Assembly (NCBI GenBank): GCA_051362555.1
Contig: CM120643.1
Span: 25,238,848-25,302,847, forward strand
Reading direction: 5' to 3'
Length of the DNA stretch: 64,000 nt
Source: Lingula anatina
Lineage: Eukaryota; Animalia; Brachiopoda
Shown here: in pieces, positions 1 through 10,700 of the stretch
Layout: each line of letters begins with the position of its first letter
How positions within the stretch are numbered: position 1 is the stretch's first letter
Program-made: the position numbers and the translations under genes
Notes under the pieces: generated by a model
The model's input: only the letters and a program-made list of their open reading frames with translations
Told to the model about the DNA's origin: nothing
Databases searched by the model: none

Positions 1-148
1 AACCTTCCTGTGGCGTCATTCTTAATAGCTTAATGCACAATTCTATTATTTTAGATTCACCAAGGTCTCGCTGACAGCCGTTCCCAGGATTCCAGTTGCC
101 AAGGTACAGCCTGGTAGTACCCAACGTGTACACAACAGAGCAACCCAG

Positions 149-3079
149 ATGGCAAGTGCAGTTGTTGTGCTTTTGATCTTGATTCTGGCAATTGTGCCAC
201 CAGATTGCAGCGCATTGAGACAGTGTTTCATTCACTGCAGGACTCCATCTAAAAACAGTAATTCCTACTTTGTAAATGCAGACAGTTCACCAGTGTCGAC
301 ATGGGATCACATCTGTACCATAATGTCAGCAGCGTCGAGCGGATGCAGATTGAACTCCAGTCGTATTTTCAGTTCTTTGGAATTCATTACAGAGAAATCG
401 CTTATTGTTCTGAGGCTGCAGTGTCGTCGTCCTACCCTCGTGTTGGTCGAAGAGCAGCATCCAGTTTCCTTCAACGAGAACCTGTTATTGTACGTGCTGC
501 TTTCATCTTGCCACATGCCATGGCGTAGCTTGTCACGGCTGGGGAAGGCGGGAGATCTCCAGGTGCTCACCGTCGACGCTCTGAGCGAGACGGAATTGGG
601 GGAGTCTGCTTTTTACAACGACACAACATATGATGGTTTGAGTAACCTCAGCTCGCTATCACTGGAAATTCGAGATGGCGCCACCTGCCCTCTTCCCACA
701 ATACTCACAACGTACACGTGGCCACGGCTGGCAGAGCTTTATATGAATAATATTGATGCCTCCCGCTTACCCGCTGGTTTAGACGTCCGCCTGCCGAAAT
801 TGCAGTCTCTGACAATCAGAAATGCTCATTTCAGTGTTCCCCCTGTCTTCCCATGGGACAACGAAACATTAACTTTGCCTCGTAACCTATCCAGGGCAAC
901 ATTTCTTCAGGGCCACGAACATAAACATTTAGACTTCCCGACGAACATATATCTTAGAAAACTGTCAATCGCACGAAACCGGCTTCCACAACTGACTGAT
1001 TTCAAGTTTCGGGGCAGCTTGCTCCGCTTGGAACTAAACGACGACGGTATTGAGGAGATAGGAGGTGGCGTCTTTTCTGAATTACACGACTTGCAATATC
1101 TTGACCTGAGTGGTAACCAGTTGAGCCATTTGCCTCCGAATTTACTGAAATCACAAGTGGCCCTCCGTGTTCTTGACTTACATGGCAATAACATCTCTAG
1201 CGTCAGTCATGAAAACTTTGAAACGCTTACTAGTTTAATAGTACTGAAGTTAAATAAAAACAATCTGGTTCAGATCAGATCAGGAACATTCAGTGGTCTC
1301 AGGCGGCTCCAATTTTTACATTTGGATCACAACAAAATACACGTCATAGAGCATGGCGCCATGCCAACAGCATCGCTTAATCTCGAGGAATTGTACCTAC
1401 AAAACAACCTTCTTCACAACATCCCAGAGTTCCTTTTTGACAATAATAATATTGAATTAGTCAATATGACTCGTAATGTGATAAATTTTAATGATTCTTC
1501 TCGTTTCTTTGATGATCTAGGGAGAATGCTTGGAATCACGTCTGAGACCCCGAAATGTGCATCATCATCTAAACGCTTTGACCTTCGATATAACGATATA
1601 TCTTCATTACCGTACAGCCTGAATTGGAACAATAGAAGTAAAAAAGCGTTGGCGTATCTTTTTAAGTGCTTTAAATTGGATATGTCCCACAATAATCTAC
1701 ACTGCGATTGCAACATTTACGAACTATATAACTTTTTGCGGGTAATACGCCAGGAAATGGATACTCTCAATGAGGACACACTGAGCACTTTGTCGTGTGA
1801 AACCCCGACAGACGTCCGAGGAACCACGTTAATAGATATGACTCCAGCTAAATTTAACTGTAAGGTGAAGGTACCCTTGTGTCCGCCGTCATGCGATTGC
1901 TACAGACAGACAATCAGTCGAGACCTTCTCGTCGACTGCTCGAACAGAAGCCTAACCGCGCTCCCAGACTTTGCGCCAAAGGGAAGACTTCAACTTGAAA
2001 TGGCGGGGAATTTGATAGAGGTACTTGAACCGCGTCCGTATCTGGCGAATGCAACCAAACTTATCTTGAGCAACAATGCGATACAAACAATAGACCCAGC
2101 GGTGTTTGGCCTTTTTGCAGAACTTCGTACGCTTCACCTGGATGGAAACCATTTGACGCATTTGCCAAAGGAGATAACAAGTGTCAATATTTCTGAAATC
2201 AAACTGGATAAAAACTATCTGTCGTGCGATTGTAAGAGTACGTGGTTAAAGAGATGGCTTAACGAAAATGGCAAAAATATCCCAAGGTTTACAGAACTGA
2301 CATGCGCAGTCGGGAAGCAAAACGGCCAGAGGATCATTGACGTTCCAGATTCTAGCTTCACTTGCGACCCTGATGACGCCGGGACAAAGAGCCAATTGAT
2401 CGTACCTATCGCAATATGTCTTGCAGTGGTGCTGGTAATATTAGCTGTGAATTTGATAGTATATCGGTTCAGCATAGAGATCAAAGTGTTGGTTTACAAC
2501 AAATTTAACTGGCACCCGTTTGACCGCGTGGATGACGATGGCCCGGAGAAGATCTTCGATGCGTTCGTGTCTTACAGCAGCCAGGATTATAAGTGGGTGG
2601 TGCACAACCTTCGCCATACGATGGAGAACCATGTTCCACCCTATCGGTTATGCGTGCACGACAGAGACTTCATCGTGGGAGAAACGATCTTCGACAACAT
2701 TATGAACAGTGTTCAACAAAGCAAAAGAATGATCATGGTACTGTCTCAGAACTACGTGGACAGCGAATGGTGCATGATGGAATTTAGGACTGCTCACCAG
2801 AAAGTGTTAAAAGAAAGAAGTAAATATCTAATCATAATTTTGTTTGACGATGTAAACAAAGACCAGCTGGATGAAGAACTGTTGGCTTACCTGAACACCA
2901 GTACTTACTTGGAGGTGAGCAGCAAATGGTTTTGGAAGAAATTGTTTTACGCAATGCCAGATTTGTCAAAAAGACGTTCGCTGGTGTCCGAGCACTCCGG
3001 CTATGAATTGAACTTTAGACCCGATGCCGAAGAGGGGATTATAAGTAATAGAGAATGGACAGCGTATAAAAAACACTAA
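149..3079 (+). CDS. Toll-like receptor, multiple-cysteine-cluster (protostome/Toll-type), intronless CDS, 976 aa
   Basis: Signal peptide, then LRRs (e.g. LQYLDLSGNQLSHL). Internal LRRCT (NLHCDC...LSC...FNC) followed by LRRNT (CPPSCDC...VDCSNRSL), more LRRs, a second LRRCT (LSCDC...LTC...FTC), a TM helix (LIVPIAICLAVVLVILAVNLIVY) and a TIR domain (box1 FDAFVSYS, box2 LCVHDRDFIVG, SEWC, box3 FWKKL). A possible splice acceptor (ttttag, ~54) lies in the 5' UTR. Confidence 0.97.
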   Translation: MASAVVVLLILILAIVPPDCSALRQCFIHCRTPSKNSNSYFVNADSSPVSTWDHICTIMSAASSGCRLNSSRIFSSLEFITEKSLIVLRLQCRRPTLVLVEEQHPVSFNENLLLYVLLSSCHMPWRSLSRLGKAGDLQVLTVDALSETELGESAFYNDTTYDGLSNLSSLSLEIRDGATCPLPTILTTYTWPRLAELYMNNIDASRLPAGLDVRLPKLQSLTIRNAHFSVPPVFPWDNETLTLPRNLSRATFLQGHEHKHLDFPTNIYLRKLSIARNRLPQLTDFKFRGSLLRLELNDDGIEEIGGGVFSELHDLQYLDLSGNQLSHLPPNLLKSQVALRVLDLHGNNISSVSHENFETLTSLIVLKLNKNNLVQIRSGTFSGLRRLQFLHLDHNKIHVIEHGAMPTASLNLEELYLQNNLLHNIPEFLFDNNNIELVNMTRNVINFNDSSRFFDDLGRMLGITSETPKCASSSKRFDLRYNDISSLPYSLNWNNRSKKALAYLFKCFKLDMSHNNLHCDCNIYELYNFLRVIRQEMDTLNEDTLSTLSCETPTDVRGTTLIDMTPAKFNCKVKVPLCPPSCDCYRQTISRDLLVDCSNRSLTALPDFAPKGRLQLEMAGNLIEVLEPRPYLANATKLILSNNAIQTIDPAVFGLFAELRTLHLDGNHLTHLPKEITSVNISEIKLDKNYLSCDCKSTWLKRWLNENGKNIPRFTELTCAVGKQNGQRIIDVPDSSFTCDPDDAGTKSQLIVPIAICLAVVLVILAVNLIVYRFSIEIKVLVYNKFNWHPFDRVDDDGPEKIFDAFVSYSSQDYKWVVHNLRHTMENHVPPYRLCVHDRDFIVGETIFDNIMNSVQQSKRMIMVLSQNYVDSEWCMMEFRTAHQKVLKERSKYLIIILFDDVNKDQLDEELLAYLNTSTYLEVSSKWFWKKLFYAMPDLSKRRSLVSEHSGYELNFRPDAEEGIISNREWTAYKKH

Positions 3080-3121
3080 TACTGGTACACCATCTTAAAC
3101 ACCGGTCAGTAATAGCGGTAT

Positions 3122-3280
3122 TCCAGCGGGCAAATTATGTTGTTTTATCGTTAAAACAACGTTGAACCATAACGTTGAGAAGACATTGGATAAACGTTGG
3201 ATTTGAAAGTTGTGTCAACCTCAGATAACAACGTTGTATCAACGTCAGAAAACAATGTTATATCAACCCCACCTAGCGGG
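3122..3280. mobile_element. Possible short MITE with CAACGTTG-type subrepeats just downstream of the TLR stop
   Basis: Imperfect termini (CCAGCGGG ... CCTAGCGGG) enclose several AACAACGTTG/CAACGT palindromic units. Confidence 0.35.
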
Positions 3281-3403
3281 AAATTAGCCTGGCTGTGTTT
3301 AGCAGTAGGACATGTTTGATGGCTAAATATATGTAGGGTATAAATGAATGGCCTTTAAGTTAAAATTTCCAAGGTTTAGATTAATATATATAGTTCTTTT
3401 TAT

Positions 3404-3410
<7 letters not shown>

Positions 3411-3455
<45 letters not shown>
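3411..3455. repeat. (TA)n microsatellite
   Basis: Direct inspection. Confidence 0.95.
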
Positions 3456-3457
<2 letters not shown>

Positions 3458-4005
3458 AAGATAACTACAACCATATATATATTTGAATAAGAAGTAATTG
3501 ACAGTGGCCATTTTATGTCATCCCTTTTTTTTTGTCACAATTTTGAGCAGGACTGCCGTGTGTTTTCACGCGGTAAATCCTCTGACGATCCCTATAATTG
3601 TTCCCCTTGTCACATATTTTGATTATGAAAAGAGAACAGAAAGACAAGAACAATTTCAGTATATGGCATCTCTTCAAATCTGATAGATTACTATTAATGG
3701 AATAGGACTACCTGCATTGACTGAAGGATGATTGTATTTCTGATATAATATTTGTAAGCCGTAATTTAACTCTGTATGTTATGATTGAAATAAAGCAAAT
3801 TCAGATTTTCTATAGATGGATTTCTCAATGTTTTGCAAGTTCTAGCCTAGATAATGAATAGGCTTTCAAATTAAAAATCAACATCGACGTGTCAGAAAGG
3901 CGATAAATGAAAATTGTTATGTGGTCATATTTTGCATTTCTTCAGTGTCTTGAAAAGATCATTTAAGAATTGCAACTGCAAATTTTCACTTTTTTATACA
4001 ATTTA

Positions 4006-4258
4006 GGGTCCATTCACACAGATATTTGGATCGATCTATCGCCCTGGGAAGAAGTCTCACTAATTGCTAACAACCTAACCGGCTTAAATGTCTGTCACGC
4101 CTAGTAAAGCTGTTAGGGGGTAATTATCTTTACCCCCTAGCTGATTCGGTAGGCGTGACAGACATTTAAGCCGGATGAGTTGATAGCAATTTGGTGAGAC
4201 TCCTTAGGGAGTTAGACTGATCCAGATGGATCGAACTAGGGATGGGAACCCAGTCTTA
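4006..4258. mobile_element. ~250-bp palindromic (hairpin) dispersed element, copy 1
   Basis: Inverted arms AGTCTCAC..GGCTTAAATGTCTGTCACGCCTA (~4053-4103) and TAGGCGTGACAGACATTTAAGCC..GTGAGACT (~4150-4201), with an inner hairpin TAGGGGGTAA/TTACCCCCTA. A near-tandem copy starts at 4417. Confidence 0.75.
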
Positions 4259-4416
4259 TTTTGCGGATTATTAGTCATAAATTTCAGTGAAAACTTGCGT
4301 TAAAATTAACAATTCAGAAGTGGGCAATGTTGCACCCCCCCCCCCCCCCCCATTAAGTTCGAGTTTCCTGTGTCTAGCACTACTGCTTGCGGTTGTTACT
4401 TCTATTGCACGTGTAA

Positions 4417-4648
4417 GGGACCATTCCCACAGATATTTGGATCGATCTATCTCCCTGGAGAGTCTCACTAAATTGTTATCAATTTAACCGGCTTTAATGT
4501 CTGTCACGTCTTGTAAAGCTGTTACGGGGTAATTATGTTTACCTCCTAGCTGATTCGGTAAGCATGACAGGCATTTAAGCAGGTTTGTTGATAGCAAATT
4601 AGTGAGACTCCCCAGATGGATCGGTCTAGGCACGGGAACCCAGTCTTA
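4417..4648. mobile_element. ~230-bp palindromic dispersed element, copy 2
   Basis: Aligns end to end with 4006-4258 (GGGACCATTCCCACAGATATTTGGATCGATCTATC ... GGGAACCCAGTCTTA). Confidence 0.75.
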
Positions 4649-4797
4649 GATTCAGAATAGAATCATATGGATAACTTAAAAATTATAATCATGATAAATT
4701 ACCGTCCGGTATATAAACCTTTAACCAACATTTTGAGTTGGCGTTATTGGCAGTTACCACTTTTTTCCGGTAATCAAATAAACTGAAAACAAAATCA

Positions 4798-4861
4798 TAA
4801 TAATAATAATAATAATAATAATCTTTATTGGAAAATCGCAACCCAAAGGTTGAAGTTATAC
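4798..4861 (-). mobile_element. Possible 3' end of a CR1/L2-type LINE or SINE tail
   Basis: The minus strand reads stem-loop CAACCTTTGGGTTG, then AATAAA and an (ATT)n tail. Confidence 0.4.
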
Positions 4862-4881
4862 AATTATGTAATTTATTTAAA

Positions 4882-5176
4882 TGAAATGAATGTTCAAGTC
4901 AAGGAAGCCTGGTCATTTTTGCACTGGTGCACTCCGTAGACGGTCTCACCTCCCTGGGGAGGATACAGCTCGGCTGCCATATTAGGCGCTCATAGCTAAT
5001 ATATCATTTCTGCACTGCCTGACCAGGCCCCTGCTTCAACCCCTTAGTGCTGAGTGCCAAGCAGGGAGACAGCAGGTACCGTTTATAAAGGACTGGTATG
5101 TCCCCGGACGGGATTTGAACCCACGTCCTCCCGCTCCGGAGGCGGACACTCTAACCACAAGGCCATCCGGCCGGTC
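4882..5176 (-). mobile_element. tRNA-derived SINE (head resembles tRNA-Arg CCG)
   Basis: Minus strand: A box TGGCCTTGTGG, anticodon-like arm TCCGC-CTCCGGA-GCGGG, B box GGTTCAAATCC. A ~220-nt non-tRNA body follows (GGTACCTGCTGTCTCCCTGCTTGGCACTCAGCA...; GAGCTGTATCCTCCCCAGGGAG), ending in a CATT-type tail. Confidence 0.85.
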
Positions 5177-5899
5177 AAATCCTGGTCAAATATAGACAAG
5201 CCTGCAATTTTTGAAAGGGGGGGGGGGGCTTTGAAAGGGTCGCGTGGGGTCCGGGGCAGGGCGAACGGTACCACTTGACACGGTTTAGAACTATGATTCA
5301 GCTAGCAAAATTTCTAATTTCAAGGGAAGGGAATTAGTGTGATCTTTTCTTCACAACACCTCATTCCCCCACTGAATAACGTGGTCTTATGGCGGGAAAG
5401 TTACGTCGCTTTTTCTTAATAAGCCTGCCTGGAACGTTCCTAGTTAGACGATTTCAGATGCTGCTATTTTCATTTTGTTTTACACTGAGTTTATGTTTGA
5501 CTTCACATGTGAAGATAAAGAGCACGATGGGAGCCAGAGCGGTTCACAAATTGTCGGTTTTAGCTGTGAGTAGTCTTTGCCATTTCAAACGTCCAGTGTG
5601 GAGTAGCCCCGGGTGCTGTATGATTATAAGTACAGTCTTGATAAGCAAAGCCGGGGGGGAAGGGGGGGGGGGAGGGGGGCATAAAAACAAAATGTAAGAT
5701 TAGGTAAAGCAATAGCGGCAATGTGACTCTTCCAAAAAACTTTTCTGGCTGATAGTCCCAACGAGCAGACAGCTTTTTTTATGAACGGGCTGTATGATAT
5801 GCATGACGCCATGCCGGATAACGTACCGACTTGATTCAATTTTGATTTGTTGCGTAGTTGGTAAAGGACAGAGATCAAGGACCATCCCGCCTAAGTATC

Positions 5900-6690
5900 G
5901 TTTTAAAGTCTTTAAAGCAAAGAGAAAAGAAATATAATTGACGACGCAGACTTTATGATAGTGACGAGCAATAAGTTCTTGTCAAAATCGATCACAAATT
6001 CTAAAGTAATACCGTAATTTTATGCAGAAGGTAATTTGCTCGGACACACGAGAGCATGCATTCGTTTTCGCTTGCGGGGACAGCTCGTAGTTGGGGTGAG
6101 CTGACATGCGCCATCTGGGATTTGAACTCATGACTCGAGGTAACCATGGTTTGCTGATGGCTTGTTCTTTTTTTTTTTTTTTTGCGTCCAAGCACGCTAC
6201 CGACTGTGACGTGACTGACCCGCCTACCCTCCGTGCGTTCGAGTTTCCTCTTATAGTAATCAAACGGAATTTCTTGAAATTAATGCCAGCTAAAAAAGAA
6301 TTACATAGAAAGTCCTAGGATTCGAACCCGTGTGGAAGTGTCTAGCTGTGTCCAAATCGGCGGAGTTACCACGGAGCCAATGAAGCTCCTTTGGTAAGGT
6401 GCGGATCAAATGGTAACTTTTTACTTTCTCACAGAGAGAGCCAGATTGGCTGTACATGTATATGTCTGCCATAACAATCAATAGGTCGTGAGCCGTATAT
6501 ATGTATTTCATCCTGTACATCGCCAGTCTGCGAACATGGTATAATCATCGACGTTGTTAGAGTTCATCATGTATACGAGCACATATTTGAGAAGCCGACA
6601 CGGATCGTTGCGTTCCAAGATAGATTGCTTTTTTATTTTATGTTTTATGCTGAGATTTAGTTTGGCTTCACCAAGACTAATGAAAAGCAC
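5900..6690 (-). repeat. Dispersed repeat carrying two tRNA-like Pol III promoters, copy 1 (inverted relative to 8780-9520)
   Basis: Reverse-complement homology to 8780-9520 (e.g. GACGACGCAGACTTTAT, GAGTTTCCTCTTATAGTAA, CCAAGCACGCTACCGACTG). On the minus strand the A box is at 6369-6379, the B box at 6318-6328 and a T-run at ~6292-6297. Confidence 0.8.
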
Positions 6691-6862
6691 AATGGGGCGG
6701 TTTTAGTTTTAGCAACCCCATTAGAGGAGGGAATCGTTAAAAAAACTTTAAATATGTATAAGCTGATGCGCTTTCCATTCAAGCAATTGCGACTAAGCCA
6801 ATTTTGAGAAAAAATATATTTGGCAAATAATTCCGCCGCGAAGATCCCAGACTTTAAAGCAA

Positions 6863-7010
6863 AAAGAAAAGAATGGCCGACCCACTTGAATGCTTGTTGC
6901 GTAATCTCCGCTGGGAATGTATTCAGTGTCTAATCGGGAATTAAGCTGCAAACGTTTTAGTTGGTCGCCATATTTGATCCGTGGATCTGTTTGCCCGCTG
7001 TTCTGTATGC
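6863..7010 (+). repeat. Dispersed repeat shared with 61088-61225 and 31400-31590
   Basis: ATGGCCGACCCACTTGAATGCTT ... CCATATTTGATC occurs at both 6863 and 61088. Confidence 0.7.
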
Positions 7011-7791
7011 GCTCTCATAGGTCATGTGATCCTTTACCATCGTATTGGCAGTGCATGGTTTTTTTACATAACCTTTATGTCGCACCCTCATAGCAGAATA
7101 AACACGTACGTCTGACTCCAGTCATTATCGTTATTAAATACAATCATTCATTTAGAGTAAGGCCCCCTGTATGAAGACTTAAATATATAAACGTCTTTTA
7201 TCTCATATTTAACAAATCAGCCATTGATTTCTTGTCTACGGGTTTCTTGTTTATTTGTCTGGATGTTACGCAAACTCAAGTGGGTATGAGTCAAACACAC
7301 TGGTTACATACTAATGGAGACCATAATTTTTCTAGTACGCCTTAAAATGGCGCCAAAATCATCCTACCCCGAGTTTCAGAGTGCTGCAAATGACTTGGCG
7401 TGTGTACTCTATATAGGCACTATAGGATGCAAGAACGCTGCTCTACTTTATCCTAGAGGCCGTCTTAGTGATGATAATCCCATACAAACTTTTTTGCTGG
7501 ACTGTAGGCCTACAGAAAAGTTCATAGAAATATCCAAAGACACATATCTGTGAACACCTAGTGAAAAATCAATCTGAGGCTCTCAATCCTCAATCTGGTA
7601 GAGGGTACCCAAACTAAGGGTGCATTGTTCACTTAATCGCGGCTGTACCCGTATATATATGTCGCCCTTAAATTTATATATAAAAACGCCACGGCGGACG
7701 ACATTTATAGAACCGGACTCTCACAGAGCTAGCAGATAGCAGATGCAGCATACATTGACTAAAATTCTAAAGAATAAAAACACTGATCAAG

Positions 7792-10700
7792 ATGAAGCTT
7801 TTATTCGGTATGGGGACCCTTTTCTTGATTCAGGCAAGTACAGTATCATTTTTTTTTTTTTTTTTTGCAGAATTTCATGCTGTCACTGTCGCGTGTAGAA
7901 TCAAAGTACTCTCTAGAGATTACAAAACAGTTGACAATTATTTATTTTACTGTTTACTGTATTTTACCCTTTGAAAAAATTGTAGTTACCCTTCTTGCTA
8001 CATTACGGTCGCATGCTGAAGAAAAAAATGCACATTATGTAAAAAGTTGCGAACGGCTTTCGATGAAATTTTCAGAAACTGTCAGGAATGGAGCAAGCGA
8101 TACATTTTTAGATTTTGGGGCGATCCCTCTATTTATAAACAAGTTAATTGATAATTATGTGAATTATGCTGTCTAGGCGGTGGTCTGCGCCCTATGTGTG
8201 TCCGTGTTCAACGGAAAAAATGATATCTTCTCGGTGGAATTATTTGCAATTATTGGGAATTATTGTTTTATTCAAAATTTCCATCGCTGCAATTGTTATA
8301 TGGAAATCGCACCAGTTAGTACACATTTGAATGTTTTTTCCCTCTCTTCTTAGGGTCTCGCTAAAACTAAAACACGCCTCTTTAATATCATGGGTAAAGC
8401 CAAAATTAATCTTAGTATAAAACAAACTCCCAGTTCAGTGTCGGGTTCTCAAACACGCATGGCTTCCTGTACAACGTTATCTCGTTGCAAAACAAAATGA
8501 AAATAAAAGCATCTGAAGTCATCTAAATAGAAACGTTCCAAGCAGGCCTGTCGATGAAAGCCAACGAACTTGAATTGATTCAGTAGCTTTTTCCGGTAAA
8601 TCAGCACGTCATACCACCTGTTAACCGTGTTCAGCAGAAAAAAATGATATCTACTCGGTGGAATTATTTGCAAAATATGTTTTATTCAAAATTTCCATCG
8701 CTGCAATTGCTTATATGGAAATCGCACCAGTTAGTACACATTTGAATGTTTTTTTCCTCTCTTCTTAGGGTCTCGCTAAAACTAGACACGCCTCTTTAAT
8801 ATCATGGGTAAAGCCAAAATTAATCTCAGCATAAAAAAAAACTCCCAGAATCGGGAAAGCAGATATACACATGTACATCCAACCTTTTGCAACTTTAATA
8901 TCATGGGTAAAGCCAAAATTAATCTCAGTATAAAACAAACTCCCAGAATCGGGAAAGCAGATATACACATGTACATCCAACCTGGTCCTGTCCGTGGCAA
9001 GGTTGAAAGTTTCCATCCGATCTTGGCGTATTATCGAAGCTGACGTGGCTCCGTGGTAACTTTGCTGTCTCCTGAAGAGACAAACACTGGCATGCTGGTT
9101 CGAGACCCAGCAGATGTAGAACTTCTTTTTTTTCCAGAATTAAATCTTAAAAATTCCGATTGGTTACTATAAGAGGAAACTCGTACGTAGGGAGGGTGGG
9201 TGGGTCTGTCACGGAGCAGTCGGTAGCGTGCTTGGATGCAAATGAATTACCCAAAGCGCCATCAACCATGGCAACGCAAAGTCACGAGTTCGAATCCCGG
9301 ATGAGGCACGTCAGTCCATCACGACAACGACCGGGCCCCTGAATCGGGATGTCACGAGAACGAATCTGGGCTCTCGTGGGTCCTAGCAAATTACCTTTTG
9401 CATAAAAACACGGTATACTTTAGAAAGTTTACATTAAGTGATCGATTTAAAACGAACATATTGCTGCTCATTAGAATAAAGTCTGCGTCGTCAATAACAT
9501 TTCCTTTCTCTTCAGTTAAAAGTACTTAGATTGGTGCCACAGATCTTGTACTTAAATTGAGCAAAACCTAACTGTACTGCATTTCATCAAAATGTGCTAT
9601 CATCTCGGTAGGATTATCAGAGAGAAAATCTGTATTGTTTAACAAAAGTCGCTTCGCCTCTATTGCTTTTGACAAGCACACAATTTGTCTTTTCGTGACC
9701 CTCCTTTCCTTCCTTGCACCTTCGCTTCTGAAGACTGTTCAAATTTTTATACAGTACCCGGGGCAAGTCCGCAGTCGACATTTGAAAGAGTAAAGACTGC
9801 TCAATACTAAAACCGCCCAGGTGTGAACAGCCGTGGACCTCATCGTGCTGTATATCGTCAAAGGTGACAGCAAACGTTATCTCGTTGCAAAACAAAATGA
9901 AAAGAAAAGCATCTGAAGTCATCTAACTAGAAACGTTCCGAGCAGGCCTGTCGATGAAAGCCAACGAACTTGAATTGATTCAGTAGCTTTTTCCGGTAAA
10001 TTATCACGTCATACCACCTGTTCACCGACTGTTTTCTAGTTTTCAATGCACAACAGAACAAGCATTAACCACCTGGCTCCGTTATTTTGCCGTCAACATT
10101 TGTTTGGTGGTCCTCCCAGCCCCTAGCCAATGAATGCTATTTAGTTAGCAATAATATTTTACTCAATGTCAATTCCAGGCAGTATTTGCCGAGTTTGGCG
10201 AGGCCTGTACAAACGATGATGATTGCGCACCTGATCAATGCTGTAGACTGAAAAGAGCTGGGTAAGTGTGTGTGTGTGTGTGTGTTTGTGTTTGAGAGAG
10301 AGAGAGAGAGAGAGAGATCTCGGGGTAAGGGTGAATTTAATTACAAAACAACAACTGCAAAGTGTCAACGTCTTGAACTATTTTATCAAAGCAAATTTTA
10401 AAGCGAATTTCGTAACTGAATGTCACCATGTTTTAAGCGTTTATAAATTGTCAGATGTTTTAAAACAAATCCTTTAATGCATGTTAACGTGAAGGTGTCA
10501 TAGGGTTTTTAGGTATAGTAGTAATATTAAAAGCGTGACTAAAATGTTTAATAGCGTATTTCGCAACAACAGTTTGCCATTTGGGCCCCTTAACTTTACA
10601 GTAACATTTCAATTCTTACTTTCTCTTGTCACCGAACTCTCTTCAGTGTCTGGAAAAGATTTTAAAATGAAATGTCAATAAAGATTAAGCCGATTCATAC

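Noticed and set aside
301-2787. Short ORFs overlapping the TLR (and those overlapping the LINE at 37005-38981)
   Set aside because: Alternative-frame or antisense shadows of long coding sequences.
5100-5176. tRNA-Arg(CCG) gene
   Set aside because: No proper acceptor stem or terminator; the sequence continues into a SINE body.
9040-9300. Two tRNA genes
   Set aside because: Only A and B boxes are present; there is no cloverleaf, and the spacers differ between the two copies.
9617-9922. 101-aa minus-strand ORF
   Set aside because: No recognisable motif; it overlaps a duplicated block in intron 1 of the prokineticin-like gene.
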